A stretch of 64,000 nucleotides of DNA from Hormiphora californensis. Lineage: Eukaryota > Animalia > Ctenophora. Numbering within the stretch: the stretch's first letter is position 1; the number at the start of each line of letters is the position of its first letter. This document shows positions 11,631 through 48,821 of the stretch, one piece after another. The notes under the pieces were generated by a model. It saw only the letters and a program-made list of their open reading frames with translations, was not told the DNA's origin and searched no databases. A program made the position numbers and the translations under genes. The DNA lies in contig CM035356.1 in the NCBI GenBank assembly GCA_020137815.1, positions 1,178,001 to 1,242,000 on the forward strand. Direction: 5' to 3'.

Positions 11631-11849
11631 AGGGCCTGTTATTAGAGGGGTATCGTGTATACAGTAAACTGTTTCTGTATACAAGATATTATAGAGTTGG
11701 AAGCTTATAATGTGGCCCACACACAGTGTTCTGAGTGGTTCAATGTCGTCCCTATCTGCAGCCTGCACAACACTGCCCTCTCTCACCACACTGCACTCTC
11801 TCTCACCACACTGCCCTCTCTCACCACACTGTACCATTACACAGGAGCT

Positions 11850-12771
11850 ACTGTATAGGGGGATCCCTACTGTCTAGCACATCCGGGACCATGATCCAAT
11901 TGGAGCCACACGAACTGACAAAAGAACAGGGCAGAAAGTATCTGCATAAGGAAATGACAGAAACACAGACAGACGAACAAGTACTAATATAACACGACTG
12001 AAAAACAGACACACAAATTACAGATATTATATGATTATGATAGACAGACACACACCACAAAAATTACACATGTATAACAGACAGACAGAAAAACAAGTAT
12101 AACTCACAGTTCCTCCTCCTCCGACAGGGAGATATCATTTCCAGTGTCCCAGTTTCCCTTTACACATCGCCTCTTATCTGGACAAGGGTAAATGTTGTTA
12201 GAAGACAATTTCCAGGTCTGCAAAGTTAAATAAGTGGGATAAAAAGTGTAATGAATCTTTGTTATAACAAACATAAATGTTCTAACTTCTAACCCTCCCT
12301 TTACATTTGTAAAGGAACGGGCGGGGTGTGCGAAACAGGGTCTAGCTAGACAAATGAATCTATTAAATGTAATAAATCTATTAAATGTAATGAATCAATT
12401 GGATGAATCTGTTTTCATGTACTGTGAATGTTTTGAAGAGACAGCTTTGAGGAGCGTGTTGGGTGTTTTTTCTTCTTACTTCGCTCTCTCCATAGTCCGC
12501 GACCTGCCGCATCCTCATCATCACTGAAAGAAATTATCATTGAGAGATTAGTATTGCTTGATGATGTATGGAGGAGGTAGACCTCTGCCCTCTGGGCGTC
12601 CCAGAACAATACGAGAGTAGCCAGCCTTAAAAGTTATAATAAGGATGGCAGTTGTTTTGGGTACTATTTATAACTGCTCTCCCTTTTGCCCCCTGGCACA
12701 CCAATAAATAGTTACCTAGAACTAGCGTCACGACTGTACCGGGGCGAGGGGGCTCTTTTTCCTCGGGGCAT
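11850..12771 (-). CDS. Basic, low-complexity exons (possible N-terminal extension of the AKR, or a separate gene)
   Basis: ATG exon MPRGKRAPSPRYSRDASSR|GT. Further splice-bounded segments read DDEDAAGRGLWRERSKKKKHP and KRRCVKGNWDTGNDISLSEEEE. The phase link to the AKR is not resolved. Confidence 0.35.
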
Positions 12772-14084
12772 TATCCTTGCTAAGAAGGGTTTAGTGTTAG
12801 TATTGAACAACAGTTCAACAATATCTTGTACCCGATTATAATTTATGTGAGGTGATAACACATCAAGGAACAGTATTAAAGGAAAGATGACACCCTTCAG
12901 GACCAGACCACACCACACCGCCACCGCCATGTCAGGGGTTTGGGAAACAAAGTAACGATAGACGAGTTTCCTATTGCAATGAAGTATCGACATTTGAATG
13001 CAAGTTATATACAGAGACTTATCTAGAATCACATGACTGTTATCACTAAGACATTAAGACAAGTACTGGGTTATAGGGTGAGGCCTATATGAGGCGTGAT
13101 ACTCATGTATAATGGTATCGTTACTACCGTGTCAACACAAACTATAACAACAGTCAGTTTTAGCGGTTGTTAGGACAAAAACAATAACAGGCACGTCGCT
13201 GAGTAAAACAACCTCCTCGCCACCTGTATAGGTGTTCTAGATGCAAATAAGCTACAAAATGTCTGTCTTGGAAGTGGAAAACAACTCAACATACAGTTCC
13301 AACATGGTTGTTAGCTGGAGTGTTTGATTGGACAACACTCCTTGTCCTGTCTTTTGACCTTATATGAGATATACACAGGAGTTGGCCCAATTTGACATCT
13401 GAAACCCCATCTTAAAATCTATCTCCTGATTGGGTTAAAGGATTCGACGCCTAATTCAGACAGGAATCTGATCTGATTAGTATCCAGTCACCGTATACTA
13501 CTCAGATAACAACGACTCACCTTGATAATGGATTAGGCCCAGGCCCCAGCTCAAATTGTAAATGTAATGGTAGGCCCGTTCGCCCTTCGGGCGATTTTCA
13601 ATGACAAAATAAATATTAAATGCCCATCAAAAATCATCTGCATTTAAATTGTAAGAGTTAAGACAACAATGAGCAAATCTAAAGCTCTAACCCCAACCCC
13701 AATTCTAACTCCGAACCCTAGTTTAGCCTGTGGTAGTAAGGGATAAGTCAGCGCTTTTCAACGTTAGCCTCAACGGTCAACCCAAAAAACCGTGGTGAGT
13801 GCTGTCACCCAGATTTATTCCAACGTTTCCCTGGATCATGGGCGGATTGGCATAATTTACTCCTCTGTCTGGCGTCTGGAGAGTGGAGTTCGAAATGAGG
13901 CAACGTTTTTAAAAGTGGACAGACAGATCTAAAAAAGATCTTTAAAAATCTGATTTTGGTTCGAAAGTTTTTTCAAACGACCCAACCCGATCCGCGCGCC
14001 GCAATACAAATACAAACGCTGCCAATGCGCGCGCACCACTTTTCGGGCGAGCAAAAAAATTAAAATTCGTTGTCCAGTCAAAAC

Positions 14085-14332
14085 GGCCAGCGTTAAAATC
14101 TGGGTGTTTCGTGAGTGCTGACAAACGGTTTTTTAGGGTTAGGGCTAAAGTGGGGTTAGGGTTAGGGCTGGGGTTTGGGTTGGGGTTAGGCCTTGACATT
14201 TCCTACCAGATAAACTTTGATTTAGCCAAAACGGTTGAGTGGTTTGGCGGTTAGAGCCATTTTAGTGAATCAACTTTTTTGGCAGCGCGCACCTGTAAAC
14301 AGGCCACCAAACACCCAGATCGTAACGGCGCC
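14085..14332. mobile_element. MULE-like MITE with internal TTAGGG-like array (copy 1)
   Basis: Imperfect TIR GGCCAGCGTTAAAATCTGGGTGTTT / AAACACCCAGATCGTAACGGCGCC. 10-bp TSD CAGTCAAAAC (14075-14084 and 14333-14342). Confidence 0.85.
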
Positions 14333-14699
14333 CAGTCAAAACAAAAAACTTTTTCATTTCCACTTTTTGCTTTTGCTTCTTTCGGACGCTCTGTGCAATT
14401 TTGATCATTTTCTTTACATTCTGCCTGGAGGGGTGAGCCCTGTAGTGAACTCACGAGGTTCCGTGTTGTATCAGGCATAGACGATTAGAAGTTTTACAAA
14501 GTTAAAATCTTTCTGAACCACGCCGTGGTCCACGCGAGTTCACCACAGGGATCACCCTTCTACATGTCTCCACCGCGGACTGTGCCGTGAGCCCACACAG
14601 CTGTTCCGGATCTTAACATTCTGTTTGAATTGTGTCGTACTTGATTCCACTCGAGTCTCGATAGGTTTTAAAAAGAGATTTAGTGCTTTTTACAACAAC

Positions 14700-14930
14700 C
14701 GTCTTGGGGGAACTGGGAAGCTAAGTGCTAACTCCAAAGCTGTCGGCTGTCCTACTACAACTGCATTTAAGTCGGTTGCGACGAGGTATAACAACTAGTC
14801 TACCTGTAGTGCAACTCGAATATGGAACACTCTAGTGAAATGAACTCCAGTGAAGACCTGGTCTCGTTCAAGATACTGCTGAAGAGATTCCCGGATCGCC
14901 CGCTGGTACTCGGATATCCTCTTGGTTCTA
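14700..14930 (+). pseudogene. Decayed LINE ORF2 3' end
   Basis: Interrupted fragments ATRIWNTL... and SFKILLKRFPDRPLVLGY resemble CR1/L2-group ORF2 C-termini, with stops and frameshifts. Confidence 0.4.
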
Positions 14931-15525
14931 CTCAAAAGAAGACAATAATTCTATCCGGGACTGGATACGAACAATATCCAGGGAGTGGTAGAGCGTAGGT
15001 TCTGTGAACTGTCATCGGTGTAGTAACTACACAAAGAGGACTACAATTAGTGTCGAGCTGCTTTTCCTCTGCGTGTTCCACGCGAGTGTCCCCTACTACC
15101 AAAGAAAATAAAAACATTCAGCAACAATAACTTGTAATGTTTATATCCGAAATAGTTTTACCCCCCCCCCCCCCCAAATACGATAGACACCCAGGCAGAA
15201 TTGAAGAAGATAGAGACATAATACCTGGATGTTAGACAATATTATCGGTCTAGTAGCGACCTGCAAAACAGGAGAGGGTAGGCCACAGGAGACACGCATA
15301 ACCTCCCCTGCATGTGTATCATGGTGGTTTTGGAACTGTTTACGGATCGTGCACAATTATATTTGTCCCTGATTGCTTCTCAAACTGGCGTTAATTTTAG
15401 TGTAAATGGGTTATATAGGGCTTCCGAATCCCAGTTTTGTTCGTTGCGAGACTCCTGAATCTTTTCAGCCTCAATTTTGAAGTTTGACAACTTATGACTT
15501 TATGTTGTTTTATATTCAGTAAGGG

Positions 15526-21601
<6,076 letters not shown>

Positions 21602-23700
21602 CTTACTACACTATCCCTACATTACAACAACGATCACTCCAGACCCCCCCTCCCCCCTGATCTAGATCCCCCAGTCCCCTTTCCAGTCATCTATTTGTCT
21701 TCCCTTTCTCCCAATAAGGAGATAAGGAGCTTGACAAACATCCATCATCTTAAAAATTTGCTGAAACCAATATATGATTTGCAGAAAGAGTGAGTGCGTG
21801 AATGTGTTAAATTCTAAGTGAAAATAACATCATTATGATGGTAAAAATATGAGGGTAAAAAATGAAAATTACCTTCTCGAAGCCGTTATATAATTAGCTA
21901 GTTAATTGATGAACAATTGATTTGATTGGTTAATTATATAATTAATCGAGAGTAACTTATTATGACACATTTAGCTGTATATTTTCATACCCTCTTTTAC
22001 CTTGCCATTTATTTTATATCGGCGTTTCTTTTGGTTCTGAAGTAACTGACACATCCTACGGCATCTTTGTTCTCTCATCCTAATCATGCTAATCACATGA
22101 ACAATTATTTCGCATTCTGTGGGGAACCAAAATCTGAATAGTGTGTGTGTGTGTGTGTGTTCAGTACCTCCCGTCGTTCCACCCCATGCTGAGGTTATTG
22201 ATGACCCCTCAGCCGGCCCGTTACTGACCTCACTCCTTGCCAGATGACCCCCACACGCAGGGTCACTGTCGGTATGATTCCACTTAGATTCCACTGGTTT
22301 CCCAGCAGTCTCTTTATGGTACCGCAAAAGGAGCATGCGAGTCTGTGTCGGATTTGGCACGGAGAAATCTTTCCCCGCAGACATGTGATGGGACTTACCG
22401 TCCAATTGGTTGGTCTTTGGTTACCACTGTCACGACAACTGTGGAAGTAGGTGATTTGCCGGATATCATTGATTACCTATCAAGGGATTAAATGCTTATC
22501 TTTACACCAAGGGTCTTGTAGTCTAAGCTAGCTAGTAATGTATTCACAAGTACGACCCAAGGGTCCGGTCAGGCGATGTTGCCATCGCCGGGTGGCCAGG
22601 TTATAGATTAGTTGCTGTAAAACAACGTCTATGGTTGTCCCTGAGTGCATTTGACCAGTATCAGTTCACTCAAGGCTTCGCGTAATTAATGCGAGGGGTC
22701 TCAGTGTAAGCGTGTCTGCTATTTGAATAAGGGTACCATTGTTTAAGTGTCCCAAACTGTAATGGGCTTTTCCCTGACTACTAAAGGGTCTTTCAGATTT
22801 GTAGGTTTGTCACTTGCCTTGTTTTGGGGTGTGCGTGTCTGAGGCTCGGTGATTTGTTGTAGGTGTGGAGATCACGCATGTGCGGAGCTTGGGATTAGGG
22901 GGGGGGGGTAGGGTGTGTCTGAGGAGTCTAGAACTTGGGCTTGGAACTGTGCGCGCAGTTTGTTCGGCCTGGGTCGGACTTTGTTCACCATGGCGTTTTC
23001 GCGTGTTACGTTTGAAGTAGTGGTAGGGTAAGTTATTTTGTGTCTAGATCTGTTTTTTTTTTTGGAACAAATGGGGTGTGGGGGTTAAATAGGCAGAGGT
23101 TTTTAGGTGCAAATTTGGGCAGGGGTTCCCCAGGGGCGACCAGCCCCTACTTGGTTATTACTGGGTTTATCTCTGCCCTGTCATAAAGACAGCCATGGGC
23201 AAGAGAGCTGTTTTGCAGGCGACAGCAGCCGGGTCGACGGGCAGAGCCCTCAGGGGTTGCTGTATATAGCGGGGTTGACGTGAGTCAGAATCCAGAAGTT
23301 GTCTGGACGTCCGTAGTCATTTAGCCGTCACTCTCTCAGAACTCTCTCTAACTCGCTCACCCACTCTCTCTCTCCCTTAACAGATTGACGTTACCAGGAT
23401 GGACCACGCGGAGGTGGACTGAATCGGACTTGTTATGTGAGAGGTGGAAGTTACCAGCAACGACACAAGCAGAAGCCCCCACGGCGCGGAAAACACCGCA
23501 AGAGCCTCCACTACACACATCCCATAACCATTACCATCCCCATCTGAATAGTGCGCTGCATTTAAGATGGCGCGCGCGCGTCTTTGACAACAAATATCAA
23601 GCTTTATTTTCAAAACAGTGAACTGCTTTTTTTTTCGGTTTCTGAAATTTTTGTTTCGTTTTCGTTCATTTTCTGTTGGTTCATGGTTCAAATACAGTAA

Positions 23701-23850
23701 CAGTTGTGCTCTGTCATATAGTACACACGCACAGCGCCCTAGGCGTCATTCCCAGTGTCCAAAACTAACAATGTATGTGTTTTGGACGGTGTGAACGGTG
23801 AACCACGCCGGGGGCGCCGTGCGCATGGGCAATATGACGGAGCACCACTG
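23701..23850. mobile_element. Small degenerate MITE
   Basis: Imperfect TIR CAGTTGTGCTCTGTCATAT / ATATGACGGAGCACCACTG. Confidence 0.55.
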
Positions 23851-23911
23851 CGATCCGCTTGTTTTTCTGTTATCATGATTGGTTTTTAACAAATCTTATT
23901 TGTTTTAGCCG

Positions 23912-42872
<18,961 letters not shown>

Positions 42873-43498
42873 TGAGACTTAATGAAAGAGACATTGTAAA
42901 GTTTGGGTAGTGCAAATGATATGTTTATTTTGTTGGATGGTATAGATTTATTTAACTGACAAAGTGACGTGTATTTACCAAACTACGAATTCACCAAAAC
43001 TTACACAGACACATTGGACAGAACAAACTAAAACAATCACAAACGAATGCTATCAATATCAAGAGCAAGTTATCTGATATCTCTTCTTTTTTTCTTATGA
43101 AAATGGCACAAACTTTATACAGTTTTTGACTAAAGTTTCTACAGACGACCGGGTAACACACTAAGCTGACATTGACTAACGTCTAACATGATATCTGACA
43201 CTGCGAACATACAAACTAACATCTGACACACTTGTGTACAGGACGACTCAGTTCCAAACGGAATGGCAACCCCTCCCCCTGAATCCGGTGAGACCGCTCC
43301 AGTTATTGTGGAATAATAACCCACAAAAAACAATCACTGAACAGTATTTTCTCTCTCTGTTTCTCTCCCTAAGGGATCATAGTCCCTCGAACTATTATAT
43401 TCAGAGACAATGTTTTTACGAATTGGGTTGCATGATTTGGTAGTGTGTGACATATTGCTGCTTGACCGCACCCCGAAAACAACAAGCAATATATGAGA

Positions 43499-43607
43499 CA
43501 GGAACCGACCGAATCAGGAAATGCTGGTCCCTGATTGGCTGATAGCCAGTCACGTGACCTAAATAACGAGTTCTGATTGGTTGTTTACTTGTGTCGGTCG
43601 GTTCCTG
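43499..43607. mobile_element. hAT-like MITE (109 bp)
   Basis: TIR CAGGAACCGACCGA / TCGGTCGGTTCCTG. Perfect 8-bp TSD ATATGAGA (43491-43498 and 43608-43615). Confidence 0.9.
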
Positions 43608-43864
43608 ATATGAGACATGGTCTGTCACGTTGAATGTTTCGTGAATTTGTTCGAATTTGTCGTTTATTGACTGAAACCTATCGATTTCAATTGCCATTTG
43701 GATGATTCGGCTGGTTAAGAGCTGAGGGAATCATGTTTCCATTCCCGTTGTACTTATCGTGCTAACGGCCTCCCTTGCACCTCCGGAGACGTCCCCGGGA
43801 GTTCTCCGGAGGTGCAAGGGAGGCCTTTATACAGACACTCCTCTAACATTCCCCCTTGTTTCAG

Positions 43865-44770
43865 GGTCGATTGAACAAAGTCACGGTGGATCCACGTCTT
43901 CTGGGAGACTCCCAGTCAACTATCCGATCTACTTCCACCTCCCCTGATGAGATGGAGATCACCGAGGAGAGAGATGATGTGATATCAGAGAGTTGTTTAT
44001 CTTCCAGTTTATCTGAACCTGAACCTGCGAACCAAGGAGAGATCACTACTGAACCTGAACCTGCTGTAGTACCCGCGGAACAGACAGAGATCGAACAAAT
44101 TCCTGTTGTAGTACCTGCGGAACAGGGAGAGATTGCTACTGAGCCTGAACCTGCTGCATTACCTGCGGACCAAGGAGAGATCACTACTGAAGATCACATT
44201 TCAACTGCAGTTGAACCGGACATGACATCAGTCGAGGAGAGAATTGAGTTCACTGAGACTCCACAGGAGCACACTATCACTATGGAGACGGCTGAGAAGG
44301 AGGAGACAGATAGCCTACCTGAGGGTACTACAGAGTCAGCATTGGGCAGCTCTTTGATGCCAGAAGATCCAACCCCCATTACTACTGATCTAGAGGTAGT
44401 GGAGAATGAATCTGCTAATGTGGTGGTGGGAGAATCATCAGAGACTATCTCTGGTCCTGTATCTGATTTGGAATTGGAGGCACCGGTATCAGAACAGTTG
44501 GCCTGTGAGCTGGAAAGCCCAGAGGTTACTAAGCAACCAGACACCCCAGAGGTTGCTAAGCAACCAGACACCCCAGAGGTTGCTAAGCAACCAGACAGCC
44601 CAGAGGTTACTAAGCAACCAGACAGCCCAGAGGTTACTAAGCAACCAGTGGATACGCTGATAATCAGTGATGTTGTGGTAAAGTTAAATGGAGATTTGGA
44701 AAAGGGTGACACTGCAACAGATGAGTTAGTTCAGCCCCCAGTTGATAGGACAATTGAGGAGGGTAGTTAG
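43865..44770 (+). CDS. Acidic, Pro/Glu/Thr-rich terminal exon (possible alternative last exon of the PLEKHD1-like gene)
   Basis: About 300 open codons after a polypyrimidine/CAG acceptor in phase 0. Contains EPEPA repeats and 27-bp tandem EV(T/A)KQPD(T/S)P repeats. Confidence 0.55.
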   Translation, partial: GRLNKVTVDPRLLGDSQSTIRSTSTSPDEMEITEERDDVISESCLSSSLSEPEPANQGEITTEPEPAVVPAEQTEIEQIPVVVPAEQGEIATEPEPAALPADQGEITTEDHISTAVEPDMTSVEERIEFTETPQEHTITMETAEKEETDSLPEGTTESALGSSLMPEDPTPITTDLEVVENESANVVVGESSETISGPVSDLELEAPVSEQLACELESPEVTKQPDTPEVAKQPDTPEVAKQPDSPEVTKQPDSPEVTKQPVDTLIISDVVVKLNGDLEKGDTATDELVQPPVDRTIEEGS

Positions 44771-47432
44771 AGCAAGTTGTGAGGCTATATTAAACCAGCT
44801 CATTAACATCACATTGAGAGGGCGGACATTTAGAATTTGAGTTTTCAAGCATGGTCTGATTTCCCAAGAACCGTGTTTTGACAGAAAATATAGTTGCATG
44901 AAGACTGCGTGAAGAATATATAGGGCTTTGGGTCGAGAAAATCATGAAAACCAAACCAAATCCTTTTCGTTAATGAAAAAAGTATTATCTAATACCACCA
45001 TATGTATTATCTTTGTTTTCCAAGACGCGTGTGTGCGGTGTTTTAAGAATGTTTAACAAGTGTTTTTACTATTATTTCCTTCTCCCGTTGGCGATACAAT
45101 ATGTAAAAAAACTAGTGTTTTGTTATCTTACAGGAGATTACTGAGAGAGAGATCTGAATTCTCAGAGAGAAGTTCACGTGTGTGTTAACCCTGTAAATAT
45201 TTTATCTATTTTTTTCGTTGGTGAAATTTCGCCAGCAACTTCATTAGAACTGCCTACAATTCTTTAAAATCTCGTGATTCGAACTTACTACGGACCAATC
45301 TGCCAGTTGCAGAGTGATTCTTTGTTGGGCATGTCGCTCCCCTCTTTGTTCGCGTGCGAAATTTCGCGCCTCCTTCGAAGGGAGAAGTGATTGTGTGACC
45401 AAATAAGTTGGTCCCCCATTCAAATTCGAATCACGAGATTTAACCGACTGAGTCGTTCCATCTACCATCCCTTTTTCTTCCCAAGCCTAACAGTAACACA
45501 CAACTTTTTCAGTGAAGTTTGAAAAATGTAGCCCCGCCACCGCCCACCAGCTTTACACTTCCAATGAATCATCACACAGAGATGAGCGATGACGTCACTG
45601 ATAAAAAGACGCGGCTGTTTACAAGTTTCATGCAAATCCGGAAATCTCAAATATAAGTACATAACAACACACTAGATAAAGGTAAAACTCTTTGGTGCTC
45701 GCCAGCGCCGTATCTTACCACTAGTAATTGACCATTGCTGGCAAGCGATTTAATATATTTACAAACGTTTTTGGTCCTTTTTTTTCTGATATTATAATAG
45801 TCTCTGGGAGTTTCAATATATATTAGAGTGTTTGGGGCTGTCAGAGCATTGTCCTGACTCTATTCTCATTTTGAGAACCGCGGCAGAGCATTGTCCTGGC
45901 ATGTTTGGGGCGATTTTTAATTGTTCCTCTACTTCATCATCATGCTCACTCGACGTGGCCGCAGCACTTTTTTCAGCAGTACGTCTGTCTGTATTTTGGC
46001 GGTGGTCCAAGGCGATGTGACTGTTCGAGCTCACTGGAGGGTTGGGAGGTGCGAATGAAGTGCCTTGAGGGGCTATCTTGGGCTACTGAAAAAGGGCTTT
46101 GTGATAGCTACAAAATGGGCTTCAGTAAAATGTTATTGTTATAGCGAGCCCTAACTATAGTACTAGGCTTCATGCACAGACGATGTATGAGTATGATCCT
46201 CTTTTAACTGGCAAGGTTGACCACAAAGAGAATAGCTAGGGTAGCATGGTAAGAGGATAGGATTTAGCTATTACATTGGGGGATTCCATGCTGTAAAGAA
46301 GCTATTTAAATTTAATTTCCAGCTTTTAACTCACCCATAATGACCTCCTCCTGCTCCCCCACCATTGTAGTGTTCTATAGCAGGACCTCCACCAGGTACT
46401 GGAGATGTGCTCCCATTATAGAAGTTGAAGTGGAAATGGGTTTCTGTTCCAGTTGTTGGGGAGACACTGGAAATAGGAACATTTGTTGGTGGGGGGGGGG
46501 GGGGGTAGAGGAACACTTTGTGGCTTTAGAATCATAGTGGTATTTTATTGTTTGGGCCGGGCAAAGAATTGGTAAAATCTACCAAGGGCTTGAAACCACG
46601 ACCCTAATCATCAGCTTTCAACCAAGCACAACACACACAGGGCACACAAAACCCAGAAATACAAAACCCAAAAACAAAACTCTATAAAATTGCTATTTCG
46701 TAGTAGGCTGAGTTTTTATACTGCCGTAATAAAGTTCTTGTTTGTCCTGTCACATTTTCCAATAGAATGTACTTAACAGCTTCTCTCAACCTAAATTAAA
46801 GAGTTGTTCATACTAATTTTATGGAATGGGAACATCCCCCCGGGAACAGTTTCGGTTGTAAACGGAAACAGGACCTGGAAAATTGCCAACTATATCTCGT
46901 TTAAACTGGAATCACCACCATGAAGTGTTCCAATTTACATGCACAAACTCACACAGACACAGCCCACACATCCATACAAGATATGATCAGAAGTTCACAG
47001 AACAAGCTTGCTTGAATATTGCTTGTTAACACACAGACGCACAAACATGTTTTACACACACATGTTTTTCATGGTTCAAATGTTGAAAGAATAATTGAGC
47101 AGGAAGATTTTAAAATAGGAATTCAATAAATCCATTATATATGACCATGATACATTAGAATACCAGTCACAGTTTCACTATCACAGACAAGATGTGTTTC
47201 ACTCCAAAGGAAAGGGAAACAAGAATTATTTGCATTATGTGTTCATAATGCTTACGTTTCCCTGCCCTACCGTTTCACATGTCATTGTCAGTGACATTGT
47301 CACTACCAACAGGATCAAGGCGTGGTCATAATGTAATGTGAGATGCATACGATCTAGCTGTCAGTATACTTCTCACGTAGCTTAGTTAACTCACATGACA
47401 CTTGCTAACCAGCTTTTGACATTCCAACTTAA

Positions 47433-48821
47433 GGGTACGCTAACCAAAATTTTTTTTCGAGTGCAGGGAAATCTCTCACCGTAGGGTTGTAGGCCATGCC
47501 AAGGAGACCTCAAATATGCAATTTGAGCTCTCAAGTCGAATTCATATTTTTGCTACAGCTGCTTGAAAAATGAACTGAAAATAAGTTTTTGGCATCTCAA
47601 AAAAATTTTTTTGAAGATAGGAGCATGAAAATTTGGGGATTTGAAGAGGACATGAAGGTGAATAACCACAAAAAATTTTTTTGCAATCCGAGCTGATTTC
47701 CGGTCCTGAGATGGATTTCTTTTTTTCCACTTTAACGCCCTATTTGGCAAAGTTCCGAAAACATGTGAAAGCTGTAAATTGGTGAAAAGTTGCGTCTAAC
47801 GATTATCTAAGTGGCCATAAATTTTGGGCGTGTCCTTATTTGAAATAAGCTGTACAGAGTTTTTTTTGTGAAAGCCGTCATTTCAGAAATAAATAAATTC
47901 CCTGTATCTCAAAAACAGCTGTTCGTATAGACCTGAGACTATGCTTAAACGATTCAGAAGGTCCGATTTTGGGGGGGTCTTCTGAGAGACATTTTGCTCC
48001 TACTTCAACCGTTTTTGCTGTAATTGCGAAAAACAAAAACCCATCTTCGCCATCGTGGATTTTTTGTGATTTCGTTTTTGGTGATTATAGGGACCCATAT
48101 GGACCAAATAGTGAAGGAATTAGCTCGTTAAGCATTTTTCCATTGTTTTGGTCCTTTCTTAGCTAAAATTCCCTAATTACAGGATATTGGAGTTTAGCTT
48201 TTGCCCTTTTCATAGAATTTGTTTTTCGCAATTACAGCAAAAACGGTTGAAGTAGGAGCAAAATATCTCTCAGAAGACCCCCCCAAAATCGGACCTTCTG
48301 AATCGTTTAAGCATAGTCTCAGGTCTCTACGAACAGCCGTTTTTGAGATACAGGGAATTTATTTATTTCTGAAATGACGGCTTTCACAAAAAAAACTCTG
48401 TACAGCTTATCTCAAATAAGGACACGCCCAAAATTTATGGCCACTTAGATAATCGTTAGACGCAACTTTTCACCAATTTACAGCTTTCACATGTTTTCGG
48501 AACTTTGCCAAATAGGGCGTTAAAGTGGAAAAAAGAAATCCATCTCAGGACCGGAAATCAGCTCGGATTGCAAAAAAATTTTTTGTGGTTATTCACCTTC
48601 ATGTCCTCTTCAAATCCCCAAATTTTCATGCTCCTATCTTCAAAAAAAATTTTTTGAGATGCCAAAAACTTATTTTCAGTTCATTTTTCAAGCAGCTGTA
48701 GCAAAAATATGAATTCGACTTGAGAGCTCAAATTGCATATTTGAGGTCTCCTTGGCATGGCCTACAACCCTACGGTGAGAGATTTCCCTGCACTCGAAAA
48801 AAATTTTTGGTTAGCGTACCC
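47433..48821. mobile_element. Kolobok-like long palindromic (foldback) element
   Basis: TTAA|GGGTACGCTAACCAAAA...TTTTGGTTAGCGTACCC|TTAA, with near-identical inverted arms of about 600 bp. Confidence 0.9.

Noticed and set aside
14130-14190. True telomere or chromosome-fusion scar
   Set aside because: The TTAGGG-like run is internal to a dispersed element with TIRs and TSDs.
22990-23130. Acylphosphatase-like start (VTFEV..GRVQ)
   Set aside because: It needs a frameshift, and no GV.FR or GWV.N motifs follow.
46331-46516. Gly-rich short minus-strand ORF
   Set aside because: No recognisable homology, and no phase-consistent partner exons could be established.
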